A DNA stretch of 64,000 bases from Eledone cirrhosa (taxonomy: Eukaryota). This document shows positions 51,501-64,000 of the stretch, in pieces. The stretch spans positions 71,610,001 through 71,674,000 of the forward strand of contig OZ024741.1 of the NCBI GenBank assembly GCA_964016885.1, given 5' to 3'. A program made the position numbers and the translations under genes. Under the pieces are notes generated by a model. The model was given only the letters and a program-made list of their open reading frames with translations, had not been told where the DNA came from and ran no database searches. Positions within the stretch are counted from its first letter, which is position 1. Each line of letters starts with the position of its first letter.

Positions 51501-54500
51501 TCAATTATATTGTGGAAGAGTCATTTTAGTCAGAGTTGTACTGTGTTGAGACTGAATCAATTATATTGTGGAAGAGTCATTTTAGTTGTACTGTGTTGAA
51601 ACTGAATCAATTATATTGTGGAAGAGTCATTTTAGCCACAGTTGTACTGTGTTGAGACTGAATCAATTATATTGTGGAAGAGTCATTTTAGACACAGTTG
51701 TACTGTGTTGAGACTGAATCAATTATATTGTGGAAGAGTCATTTTAGTCACAGTTGTACTGTGTTGAGACTGAATCAATTATATTGTGGAAGAGTCATTT
51801 TAGTCACAGTTGTACTGTGTTGAGACTGAATCAATTATATTGTGGAAGAGTCATTTTAGTCACAGTTGTACTGTGTTGAGACTGAATCAATTATATTGTG
51901 GAAGAGTCATTTTAGTCACAGTTGTACTGTGTTGAGACTGAATTAATTATATTTTGGAAGAGTCATTTTAGTCACAGTTGTACTGTGTTGAGACTGAATT
52001 AATTATATTGTGGAAGAGTCATTTTAGTCACAGTTGTACTGTGTTGAGACTGAATTAATTATATTGTGGAAGAGTCATTTTAGTCACAGTTGTACTGTGT
52101 TGAGACTGAATCAATTATATTGTGGAAGAGTCATTTTAGTCACAGTTGTACTTTGTTGAGACTGAATTAATTATATTTTGGAAGAGTCATTTTAGTCACA
52201 GTTGTACTGTGTTGAGACTGAATCAATTATATTGTGGAAGAGTCATTTTAGTCACAGTTGTACTGTGTTGAGACTGAAGCGGTTATATTGTGGAAGAGTC
52301 ATTTTAGTCACAGTTGTACTGTGTTGGGACTGAATCAATTATATTGTGGAAGAGTCATTTTAGTCACAGTTGTACTGTGTTGAGACTGAATTAATTATAC
52401 TGTGGAAGAGTCATTTTAGTCACAGTTGTACTGTGTTGAGACTGAATCAATTATATTGTGGAAGAGTCATTTTAGTCACAGTTGTACTGTGTTGAGACTG
52501 AATCAATTATATTGTGGAAGAGTCATTTTAGTCACAGTTGTACTGTGTTGAGACTGAAGCGGTTATATTGTGGAAGAATCATTTTAGTCACAGTTGGACT
52601 GTTGAGACTGAATCAATTATATTGTGGAAGAGTCATTTTAGTCACAGTTGTACTGTGTTGAGACTGAATCAATTATATTGCGGAAGAGTCATTTTACTCA
52701 CAGTTGTACTGTGTTGAGACTGAATCAATTATATTGTGGAAGAGTCATTTTAGTCACAGTTGTACTGTGTTGAGACTGAATCAATTATATTGTGGAAGAG
52801 TCATTTTAGTCACAGTTGTACTGTGTTGAGACTGAATCAATTATACTGTGGAAGGTCATTTTAGTCACAGTTGTACTGTGTTGAGACTGAATCAATTATA
52901 TTGTGGAAGAGTCATTTTAGTCACAGTTGTACTGTGTTGAGACTGAATCAATTATACTGTGGAAGAGTCATTTTAGTCACAGTTGTACTGTGTTGAGACT
53001 GAATTAATTATACTGTGGAAGAGTCATTTTAGTCACAGTTGTACTGTGTTGAGACTGAATCAATTATATTGTGGAAGAGTCATTTTAGTCACAGTTGTAC
53101 TGTGTTGAGACTGAATCAATTATATTGTGGAAGAGTCATTTTAGTCACAGTTGTACTGTGTTGAGACTGAATCAATTATATTGTGGAAGAGTCATTTTAG
53201 TCACAGTTGTACTGTGTTGAGACTGAATCAATTATATTGTGGAAGAGTCATTTTAGTCACAGTTGTACTGTGTTGAGACTGAATCAATTATATTGTGGAA
53301 GAGTCATTTTAGTCACAGTTGTACTGTGTTGAGACTGAATCAATTATATTGTGGAAGAGTCATTTTAGTCACAGCTGTACTGTGTTGAGACTGAATAAAT
53401 TATACTGTGGAAGAGTAATTTTAGTCACAGTTGTACTGTGTTGAGACTGAATTAATTATACTGTGGAAGAGTCATTTTAGTCACAGTTGTACTGTGTTGA
53501 GACTGAATCAATTATATTGTGGAAGAGTCATTTTAGTCACAGTTGTACTGTGTTGAGACTGAATCAATTATATTGTGGAAGAGTCATTTTAGTCACAGTT
53601 GTACTGTGTTGAGACTGAATCAATTATATTGTGGAAGAGTCATTTTAGTCACAGTTGTACTGTGTTGAGATTGAATCAATTATATTGTGGAAGAGTCATT
53701 TTAGTTGTACTGTGTTGAGACTGAATCAATTATATTGTGGAAGAGTCATTTTAGTCACAGTTGTACTGTGTTGAGACTGAATCAATTATATTGTGGAAGA
53801 GTCATTTTAGTCACAGTTGTACTGTGTTGAGACTGAATCAATTATATTGTGGAAGAGTCATTTTAGTCACAGTTGTACTGTGTTGAGACTGAATCAATTA
53901 TATTGCGGAAGAGTCATTTTAGTCACAGTTGTACTGTGTTGAGACTGAATTAACTATATTGTGGAAGAGTCATTTTAGTCACAGTTGTACTGTGTTGAGA
54001 CTGAATCAATTATATTGTGGAAGAGTCATTTTAGTCACAGTTGTACTGTGTTGAGACTGAATCAATTATATTGTGGAAGAGTCATTTTAGTCACAGTTGT
54101 ACTGTGTTGAGACTGAATCAATTATATTGTGGAAGAGTCATTTTAGTCACAGTTGTACTGTGTTGAGACTGAATCAATTATATTGTGGAAGAGTCATTTT
54201 AGTCACAGTTGTACTGTGTTGAGACTGAAGTAATTATATTGTGGAAGAGTAATTTTACTCACAGTTGTACTGTGTTGAGACTGAATCAATTATATTGTGG
54301 AAGAGTCATTTTAGTCACAGTTGTACTGTGTTGAGACTGAATTAACTATATTGTGGAAGAGTAATTTTACTCACAGTTGTACTGTGTTGAGACTGAATCA
54401 ATTATATTGTGGAAGAGTGATTTTAGTCACAGTTGTACTGTGTTGAGACTGAATCAATTATATTGTGGAAGAGTCATTTTAGTCACAGTTGTACTGTGTT

Positions 54501-57500
54501 GAGACTGAATCAATTATATTGTGGAAGAGTCATTTTAGTCACAGTTGTACTGTGTTGAGACTGAATCAATTATATTGTGGAAGAGTCATTTTAGTCACAG
54601 TTGTACTGTGTTGAGACTGAATTAAATATATTGTGGAAGAGTAATTCTACTCACAGTTGTACTGTGTTGAGACTGAATCAATTATATTGTGGAAGAGTAA
54701 TTTTAGTCACAGTTGTACTGTGTTGAGACTGAATCAATTATATTGCGGAAGAGTCATTTTAGTCACAGTTGTACTGTGTTGAGACTGGAGCGGTTATAAT
54801 GTGGAAGAGTCATTTTAGTCACAGTTGTACTGTGTTGAGACTGAATCAATTATATTGTGGAAGAGTCATTTTAGTCACAGTTGTACTGTGTTGAGACTGA
54901 ATCAATTATATTGTGGAAGAGTCATTTTAGTCAGAGTTGTACTGTGTTGAGACTGAATCAATTATATTGTGGAAGAGTCATTTTAGTTGTACTGTGTTGA
55001 AACTGAATCAATTATATTGTGGAAGAGTCATTTTAGTCACAGTTGTACTGTGTTGAGACTGAATCAATTATATTGTGGAAGAGTCATTTTAGTCAGAGTT
55101 GTACTGTGTTGAGACTGAATCAATTATATTGTGGAAGAGTCATTTTAGTTGTACTGTGTTGAAACTGAATCAATTATATTGTGGAAGAGTCATTTTAGCC
55201 ACAGTTGTACTGTGTTGAGACTGAATCAATTATATTGTGGAAGAGTCATTTTAGACACAGTTGTACTGTGTTGAGACTGAATCAATTATATTGTGGAAGA
55301 GTCATTTTAGTCACAGTTGTACTGTGTTGAGACTGAATCAATTATATTGTGGAAGAGTCATTTTAGTCACAGTTGTACTGTGTTGAGACTGAATCAATTA
55401 TATTGTGGAAGAGTCATTTTAGTCACAGTTGTACTGTGTTGAGACTGAATCAATTATATTGTGGAAGAGTCATTTTAGTCACAGTTGTACTGTGTTGAGA
55501 CTGAATTAATTATATTTTGGAAGAGTCATTTTAGTCACAGTTGTACTGTGTTGAGACTGAATTAATTATATTGTGGAAGAGTCATTTTAGTCACAGTTGT
55601 ACTGTGTTGAGACTGAATTAATTATATTGTGGAAGAGTCATTTTAGTCACAGTTGTACTGTGTTGAGACTGAATCAATTATATTGTGGAAGAGTCATTTT
55701 AGTCACAGTTGTACTTTGTTGAGACTGAATTAATTATATTTTGGAAGAGTCATTTTAGTCACAGTTGTACTGTGTTGAGACTGAATCAATTATATTGTGG
55801 AAGAGTCATTTTAGTCACAGTTGTACTGTGTTGAGACTGAAGCGGTTATATTGTGGAAGAGTCATTTTAGTCACAGTTGTACTGTGTTGGGACTGAATCA
55901 ATTATATTGTGGAAGAGTCATTTTAGTCACAGTTGTACTGTGTTGAGATTGAATTAATTATACTGTGGAAGAGTCATTTTAGTCACAGTCGTACTGTGTT
56001 GAGACTGAATCAATTATATTGTGGAAGAGTCATTTTAGTCACAGTTTAACTGTGTTGAGACTGAATCAATTATATTGTGGAAGAGTCATTTTAGTCACAG
56101 TTGTACTGTGTTGAGACTGAAGCGGTTATATTGTGCAAGAGTCATTTTAGTCACAGTTGGACTGTTGAGACTGAATCAATTATATTGTGGAAGAGTCATT
56201 TTAGTCACAGTTGTACTGTGTTGAGACTGAATCAATTATATTGTGGAAGAGTCATTTTACTCACAGTTGTACTGTGTTGAGACTGAATCAATTATATTGT
56301 GGAAGAGTCATTTTAGTCACAGTTGTACTGTGTTGAGACTGAATCAATTATATTGTGGAAGAGTCATTTTAGTCACAGTTGTACTGTGTTGAGACTGAAT
56401 CAATTATACTGTGGAAGAGTCATTTCAGTCACAGTTGTACTGTGTTGAGACTGAATCAATTATATTGTGGAAGAGTCATTTTAGTCACAGCTGTACTGTG
56501 TTGAGACTGAATCAATTATACTGTGGAAGAGTCATTTTAGTCACAGTTGTACTGTGTTGAGACTGAATTAATTATACTGTGGAAGAGTCATTTTAGTCAC
56601 AGTTGTACTGTGTTGAGACTGAATCAATTATATTGTGGAAGAGTCATTTTAGTCACAGTTGTACTGTGTTGAGACTGAATCAATTATATTGTGGAAGAGT
56701 CATTTTAGTCACAGTTGTACTGTGTTGAGACTGAATCAATTATATTGTGGAAGAGTAATTTTAGTCACAGTTGTACTGTGTTGAGACTGAATCAATTATA
56801 TTGTGGAAGAGTCATTTTAGTCACAGTTGTACTGTGTTGAGACTGAATCAATTATATTGTGGAAGAGTCATTTTAGTCACAGTTGTACTGTGTTGAGACT
56901 GAATCAATTATATTGTGGAAGAGTCATTTTAGTCACAGCTGTACTGTGTTGAGACTGAATCAATTATACTGTGGAAGAGTAATTTTAGTCACAGTTGTAC
57001 TGTGTTGAGACTGAATCAATTATATTGTGGAAGAGTCATTTTAGTCACAGTTGTACTGTGTTGAGACTGAAGTAATTATATTGTGGAAGAGTAATTTTAG
57101 TCACAGTTGTACTGTGTTGAGACTGAAGTAATTATATTGTGGAAGAGTAATTTTACTCACAGTTGTACTGTGTTGAGACTGAATCAATTATATTGTGGAA
57201 GAGTCATTTTAGTCACAGTTGTACTGTGTTGAGACTGAATCAATTATATTGTGGAAGAGTCATTTTAGTCACAGTTGTACTGTGTTGAGACTGAATCAAT
57301 TATATTGTGGAAGAGTCATTTTAGTCACAGTTGTACTGTGTTGAGACTGAAGTAATTATATTGTGGAAGAGTAATTTTACTCACAGTTGTACTGTGTTGA
57401 GACTGAATCAATTATATTGTGGAAGAGTCATTTTAGTCACAGTTGTACTGTGTTGAGACTGAATTAACTATATTGTGGAAGAGTAATTTTACTCACAGTT

Positions 57501-60500
57501 GTACTGTGTTGAGACTGAATCAATTATATTGTTGAAGAGTCATTTTAGTCACAGTTGTACTGTGTTGAGACTGAATCAATTATATTGTGGAAGAGTCATT
57601 TTAGTCACAGTTGTACTGTGTTGAGACTGAATCAATTATATTGTGGAAGAGTCATTTTAGTCACAGTTGTACTGTGTTGAGACTGAATCAATTATATTGT
57701 GGAAGAGTCATTTTAGTCACAGTTGTACTGTGTTGAGACTGAATTAAATATATTGTGGAAGAGTAATTCTACTCACAGTTGTACTGTGTTGAGACTGAAT
57801 CAATTATATTGTGGAAGAGTAATTTTAGTCACAGTTGTACTGTGTTGAGACTGAATCAATTATATTGCGGAAGAGTCATTTTAGTCACAGTTGTACTGTG
57901 TTGAGACTGGAGCGGTTATAATGTGGAAGAGTCATTTTAGTCACAGTTGTACTGTGTTGAGACTGAATCAATTATATTGTGGAAGAGTCATTTTAGTCAC
58001 AGTTGTACTGTGTTGAGACTGAATCAATTATATTGTGGAAGAGTCATTTTAGTCACAGTTGTACTGTGTTGAGACTGAATCAATTATATTGTGGAAGAGT
58101 CATTTTAGTTGTACTGTGTTGAAACTGAATCAATTATATTGTGGAAGAGTCATTTTAGTCACAGTTGTACTGTGTTGAGACTGAATCAATTATATTGTGG
58201 AAGAGTCATTTTAGTCAGAGTTGTACTGTGTTGAGACTGAATCAATTATATTGTGGAAGAGTCATTTTAGTTGTACTGTGTTGAAACTGAATCAATTATA
58301 TTGTGGAAGAGTCATTTTAGCCACAGTTGTACTGTGTTGAGACTGAATCAATTATATTGTGGAAGAGTCATTTTAGACACAGTTGTACTGTGTTGAGACT
58401 GAATCAATTATATTGTGGAAGAGTCATTTTAGTCACAGTTGTACTGTGTTGAGACTGAATCAATTATATTGTGGAAGAGTCATTTTAGTCACAGTTGTAC
58501 TGTGTTGAGACTGAATCAATTATATTGTGGAAGAGTCATTTTAGTCACAGTTGTACTGTGTTGAGACTGAATCAATTATATTGTGGAAGAGTCATTTTAG
58601 TCACAGTTGTACTGTGTTGAGACTGAATTAATTATATTTTGGAAGAGTCATTTTAGTCACAGTTGTACTGTGTTGAGACTGAATTAATTATATTGTGGAA
58701 GAGTCATTTTAGTCACAGTTGTACTGTTTTGAGACTGAATTAATTATATTATGGAAGAGTCATTTTAGTCACAGTTGTACTGTGTTGAGACTGAATCAAT
58801 TATATTGTGGAAGAGTCATTTTAGTCACAGTTGTACTTTGTTGAGACTGAATTAATTATATTTTGGAAGAGTCATTTTAGTCACAGTTGTACTGTGTTGA
58901 GACTGAATCAATTATATTGTGGAAGAGTCATTTTAGTCACAGTTGTACTGTGTTGAGACTGAAGCGGTTATATTGTGGAAGAGTCATTTTAGTCACAGTT
59001 GTACTGTGTTGGGACTGAATCAATTATATTGTGGAAGAGTCATTTTAGTCACAGTTGTACTGTGTTGAGACTGAATTAATTATACTGTGGAAGAGTCATT
59101 TTAGTCACAGTTGTACTGTGTTGAGACTGAATCAATTATATTGTGGAAGAGTCATTTTAGTCACAGTTGTACTGTGTTGAGACTGAATCAATTATATTGT
59201 GGAAGAGTCATTTTAGTCACAGTCGTACTGTGTTGAGACTGAAGCGGTTATATTGTGGAAGAGTCATTTTAGTCACAGTTGGACTGTTGAGACTGAATCA
59301 ATTATATTGTGGAAGAGTCATTTTAGTCACAGTTGTACTGTGTTGAGACTGAATCAATTATATTGTGGAAGAGTCATTTTACTCACAGTTGTACTGTGTT
59401 GAGACTGAATCAATTATATTGTGGAAGAGTCATTTTAGTCACAGTTGTACTGTGTTGAGACTGAATCAATTATATTGTGGAAGAGTCATTTTAGTCACAG
59501 TTGTACTGTGTTGAGACTGAATCAATTATACTGTGGAAGAGTCATTTTAGTCACAGTTGTACTGTGTTGAGACTGAATCAATTATATTGTGGAAGAGTCA
59601 TTTTAGTCACAGTTGTACTGTGTTGAGACTGAATCAATTATACTGTGGAAGAGTCATTTTAGTCAAAGTTGTACTGTGTTGAGACTGAATTAATTATACT
59701 GTGGAAGAGTAATTTTAGTCACAGTTGTACTGTGTTGAGACTGAATCAATTATATTGTGGAAGAGTCATTTTAGTCACAGTTGTACTGTGTTGAGACTGA
59801 ATCAATTATATTGTGGAAGAGTCATTTTAGTCACAGTTGTACTGTGTTGAGACTGAATCAATTATATTGTGGAAGAGTCATTTTAGTCACAGTTGTACTG
59901 TGTTGAGACTGAATCAATTATATTGTGGAAGAGTCATTTTAGTCACAGTTGTACTGTGTTGAGACTGAATCAATTATATTGTGGAAGAGTCATTTTAGTC
60001 ACAGTTGTACTGTGTTGAGACTGAATCAATTATATTGTGGAAGAGTCATTTTAGTCACAGCTGTACTGTGTTGAGACTGAATCAATTATACTGTGGAAGA
60101 GTAATTTTAGTCACAGTTGTACTGTGTTGAGACTGAATTAATTATACTGTGGAAGAGTCATTTTAGTCACAGTTGTACTGTGTTGAGACTGAATCAATTA
60201 TATTGTGGAAGAGTCATTTTAGTCACAGTTGTACTGTGTTGAGACTGAATCAATTATATTGTGGAAGAGTCATTTTAGTCACAGTTGTACTGTGTTGAGA
60301 CTGAATCAATTATATTGTGGAAGAGTCATTTTAGTCACAGTTGTACTGTGTTGAGATTGAATCAATTATATTGTGGAAGAGTCATTTTAGTTGTACTGTG
60401 TTGAGACTGAATCAATTATATTGTGGAAGAGTCATTTTAGTCACAGTTGTACTGTGTTGAGACTGAATCAATTATATTGTGGAAGAGTCATTTTAGTCAC

Positions 60501-63500
60501 AGTTGTACTGTGTTGAGACTGAATCAATTATATTGTGGAAGAGTCATTTTAGTCACAGTTGTACTGTGTTGAGACTGAATCAATTATATTGCGGAAGAGT
60601 CATTTTAGTCACAGTTGTACTGTGTTGAGACTGAATTAACTATATTGTGGAAGAGTCATTTTAGTCACAGTTGTACTGTGTTGAGACTGAATCAATTATA
60701 TTGTGGAAGAGTCATTTTAGTCACAGTTGTACTGTGTTGAGACTGAATCAATTATATTGTGGAAGAGTCATTTTAGTCACAGTTGTACTGTGTTGAGACT
60801 GAATCAATTATATTGTGGAAGAGTCATTTTAGTCACAGTTGTACTGTGTTGAGACTGAATTAAATATATTGTGGAAGAGTAATTCTACTCACAGTTGTAC
60901 TGTGTTGAGACTGAATCAATTATATTGTGGAAGAGTAATTTTAGTCACAGTTGTACTGTGTTGAGACTGAATCAATTATATTGAGGAAGAGTCATTTTAG
61001 TCACAGTTGTACTGTGTTGAGACTGGAGCGGTTATAATGTGGAAGAGTCATTTTAGTCACAGTTGTACTGTGTTGAGACTGAATCAATTATATTGTGGAA
61101 GAGTCATTTTAGTCACAGTTGTACTGTGTTGAGACTGAATCAATTATATTGTGGAAGAGTCATTTTAGTCACAGTTGTACTGTGTTGAGACTGAATCAAT
61201 TATATTGTGGAAGAGTAATTTTAATCACAGTTGTACTGTGTTGAGACTGAATCAATTATATTGTGGAAGAGTCATTTTAGTCACAGTTGTACTGTGTTGA
61301 GACTGAATCAATTATATTGTGGAAGAGTCATTTTAATCACAGTTGTACTGTGTTTAGACTAAATCAATTATATTGTGGAAGAGTCATTTTAGTCACAGTT
61401 GTACTGTGTTGAGACTGAATCAATTATATTGTGGAAGAGTCATTTTAGTCACAGTTGTACTGTGTTGAGACTGAATTAACTATATTGTGGAAGAGTAATT
61501 TTACTCACAGTTGTACTGTGTTGAGACTGAATCAATTATATTGTGGAAGAGTCATTTTAGTCACAGTTGTACTGTGTTGAGACTGAATCAATTATATTGT
61601 GGAAGAGTCATTTTAGTCACAGTTGTACTGTGTTGAGACTAAATCAATGATATTGTGGAAGAGTCATTTTAGTCACAGTTGTACTGTGTTGAGACTGAAT
61701 CAATTATATTGTGGAAGAGTAATTTTAATCACAGTTGTACTGTGTTGAGACTGAATCAATTATACTGTGGAAGAGTCATTTTAGTCACAGTTGTACTGTG
61801 TTGAGCCTGAATCAATTATACTGTGGAAGAGTCATTTTAGTCACAGTTGTACTGTGTTGAGACTGAATCAATTATATTGTGGAAGAGTCATTTTAGTCAC
61901 AGTTGTACTGTGTTGAGACTGAATCAATTATATTGTGGAAGAGTCATTTTAGTCACAGTTGTACTGTGTTGAGACTGAATCAATTATATTGTGGAAGAGT
62001 CATTTTAGTCACAGTTGTACTGTGTTGAGACTGAATCAATTATACTGTGGAAGAGTCATTTTAGTCACAGTTGTACTGTGTTGAGACTGAATCAATTATA
62101 CTGTGGAAGAGTCATTTTAGTCACAGTTGTACTGTGTTGAGACTGAATCAATTATATTGTGGAAGAGTCATTTTAGTCACAGTTGTACTGTGTTGAGACT
62201 GAATCAATTATATTGTGGAAGAGTCATTGTAGTCACAGTTGCACTGTGTTGAGACTGAATCAATTATACTGTGGAAGAGTCATTTTAGTCACAGTTGTAC
62301 TGTGTTGAGACTGAATCAATTATACTGTGGAAGAGTCATTTTAGTCACAGTTGTACTGTGTTGAGACTGAATCAATTATATTGTGGAAGAGTCATTCTAG
62401 TCACAGTTGTACTGTGTTGAGACTGAATCAATTATATTGTGGAAGAGTCATTTTAGTCACAGTTGTACTGTGTTGAGACTGAATCAATTATATTGTGGAA
62501 GAGTCATTTTAATCACAGTTGTACTGTGTTGAGACTGAATCAATTATACTGTGGAAGAGTCATTTTAGTCACAGTTGTACTGTGTTGAGCCTGAATCAAT
62601 TATACTGTGGAAGAGTCATTTTAGTCACAGTTGTACTGTGTTGAGACTGAATCAATTATATTGTGGAAGAGTCATTTTAGTCACAGTTGTACTGTGTTAA
62701 ACTGAATCAATTATATTGTGGAAGAGTCATTTTAGTCACAGTTGTACTGTGTTGAGACTGAATCAATTATATTGTGGAAGAGTCATTTTAGTCACAGTTG
62801 TACTGTGTTGAGACTGAATCAATTATATTGTGGAAGAGTCATTTTAGTCACAGTTGTACTGTGTTGAGACTGAATCAATTATATTGTGGAAGAGTCATTT
62901 TAGTCACAGTTGTACTGTGTTGAGACTGAATCAATTATATTGTGGAAGAGTCATTTTAGTCACAGTTGTACTGTGTTGAGACTGAATCAATTATATTGTG
63001 GAAGAGTCATTTTAGTCACAGCTGTACTGTGTTGAGACTGAATCAATTATACTGTGGAAGAGTCATTTTAGTCACAGTTGTACTGTGTTGAGACTGAATC
63101 AATTATACTGTGGAAGAGTCATTTTAGTCACAGTTGTACTGTGTTGAGACTGAATCAATTATATTGTGGAAGAGTCATTTTAGTCACAGTTGTACAGTGT
63201 TGAGACTGAATCAATTATATTGTGGAAGAGTCATTTTAGTCACAGCTGTACTGTGTTGAGACTGAATCAATTATACTGTGGAAGAGTAATTTTAGTCACA
63301 GTTGTACTGTGTTGAGACTGAATTAATTATACTGTGGAAGAGTCATTTTAGTCACAGTTGTACTGTGTTGAGACTGAATCAATTATATTGTGGAAGAGTC
63401 ATTTTAGTCACAGTTGTACTGTGTTGAGACTGAATCAATTATATTGTGGAAGAGTCATTTTAGTCACAGTTGTACTGTGTTGAGACTGAATCAATTATAT

Positions 63501-64000
63501 TGTGGAAGAGTCATTTTAGTCACAGTCGTACTGTGTTGAGATTGAATCAATTATATTGTGGAAGAGTCATTTTAGTTGTACTGTGTTGAGACTGAATCAA
63601 TTATATTGTGGAAGAGTCATTTTAGTCACAGTTGTACTGTGTTGAGACTGAATCAATTATATTGTGGAAGAGTCATTTTAGTCACAGTTGTACTGTGTTG
63701 AGACTGAATCAATTATATTGTGGAAGAGTCATTTTAGTCACAGTTGTACTGTGTTGAGACTGAATCAATTATATTGCGGAAGAGTCATTTTAGTCACAGT
63801 TGTACTGTGTTGAGACTGAATTAACTATATTGTGGAAGAGTCATTTTAGTCACAGTTGTACTGTGTTGAGACTGAATCAATTATATTGTGGAAGAGTCAT
63901 TTTAGTCACAGTTGTACTGTGTTGAGACTGAATCAATTATATTGTGGAAGAGTCATTTTAGTCACAGTTGTACTGTGTTGAGACTGAATCAATTATATTG
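30560..64000. repeat. Satellite DNA array, 56-bp monomer AGTCACAGTTGTACTGTGTTGAGACTGAATCAATTATATTGTGGAAGAGTCATTTT, about 600 head-to-tail copies, continuing past the window end
   Basis: Period 56 (e.g. TATTGTGGAA at 30681 and 30737). 50-, 54- and 55-bp deletion variants. 19/56 GC. No insertions or orientation switches seen. Confidence 0.99.
40770..61895. repeat. Two tandem copies of a 10,529-bp (189-monomer) higher-order repeat within the satellite
   Basis: Eight rare markers recur at exactly +10,529 (40941/51470, 42041/52570, 42861/53390, 45511/56040, 47001/57530, 48191/58720, 50451/60980, 51271/61800). Confidence 0.92.

Noticed and set aside
30560-64000. CRISPR array (palindromic repeat with regular period)
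   Set aside because: There are no unique spacers; the whole 56-bp unit repeats. No cas genes, and the context is eukaryotic.
30560-64000. Repetitive protein-coding ORF or tandem hammerhead ribozymes (retrozyme-like)
   Set aside because: The period is not a multiple of 3, stops occur on both strands, and no ORF is called. No CTGANGA...GAAA core on either strand.

Overview
AT-rich eukaryotic genomic DNA. The SINE, RTE and microsatellite landscape resembles a cephalopod (Octopus-like); this is an inference. Positions 1-30.5 kb are a dense mosaic of decayed transposons: one near-full-length RTE-clade LINE (7.7-10.7 kb, minus strand; APE + RT with an embedded C4HC3 PHD-like finger) and several older RTE fragments in both orientations, a deleted Helitron, a hAT (Buster/Charlie-type) remnant, an internally deleted DD37D/maT Tc1-mariner element with intact TIRs and TA TSD, TTAA-CCCTT (piggyBac-type) MITEs, tRNA-derived SINE pieces, and micro/minisatellites. 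A possible chain of small host exons lies on the + strand. From about 30.56 kb to the window end (>33 kb, about 600 units) is an uninterrupted array of a 56-bp satellite. Its variant monomers reveal nested higher-order structure: 10-mer and 17-mer local duplications, roughly 3.1-3.8 kb (56/64/69-mer) units, and a near-identical 10,529-bp (189-monomer) super-repeat present twice. No intact protein-coding gene, rRNA, true tRNA or CRISPR array is supportable.
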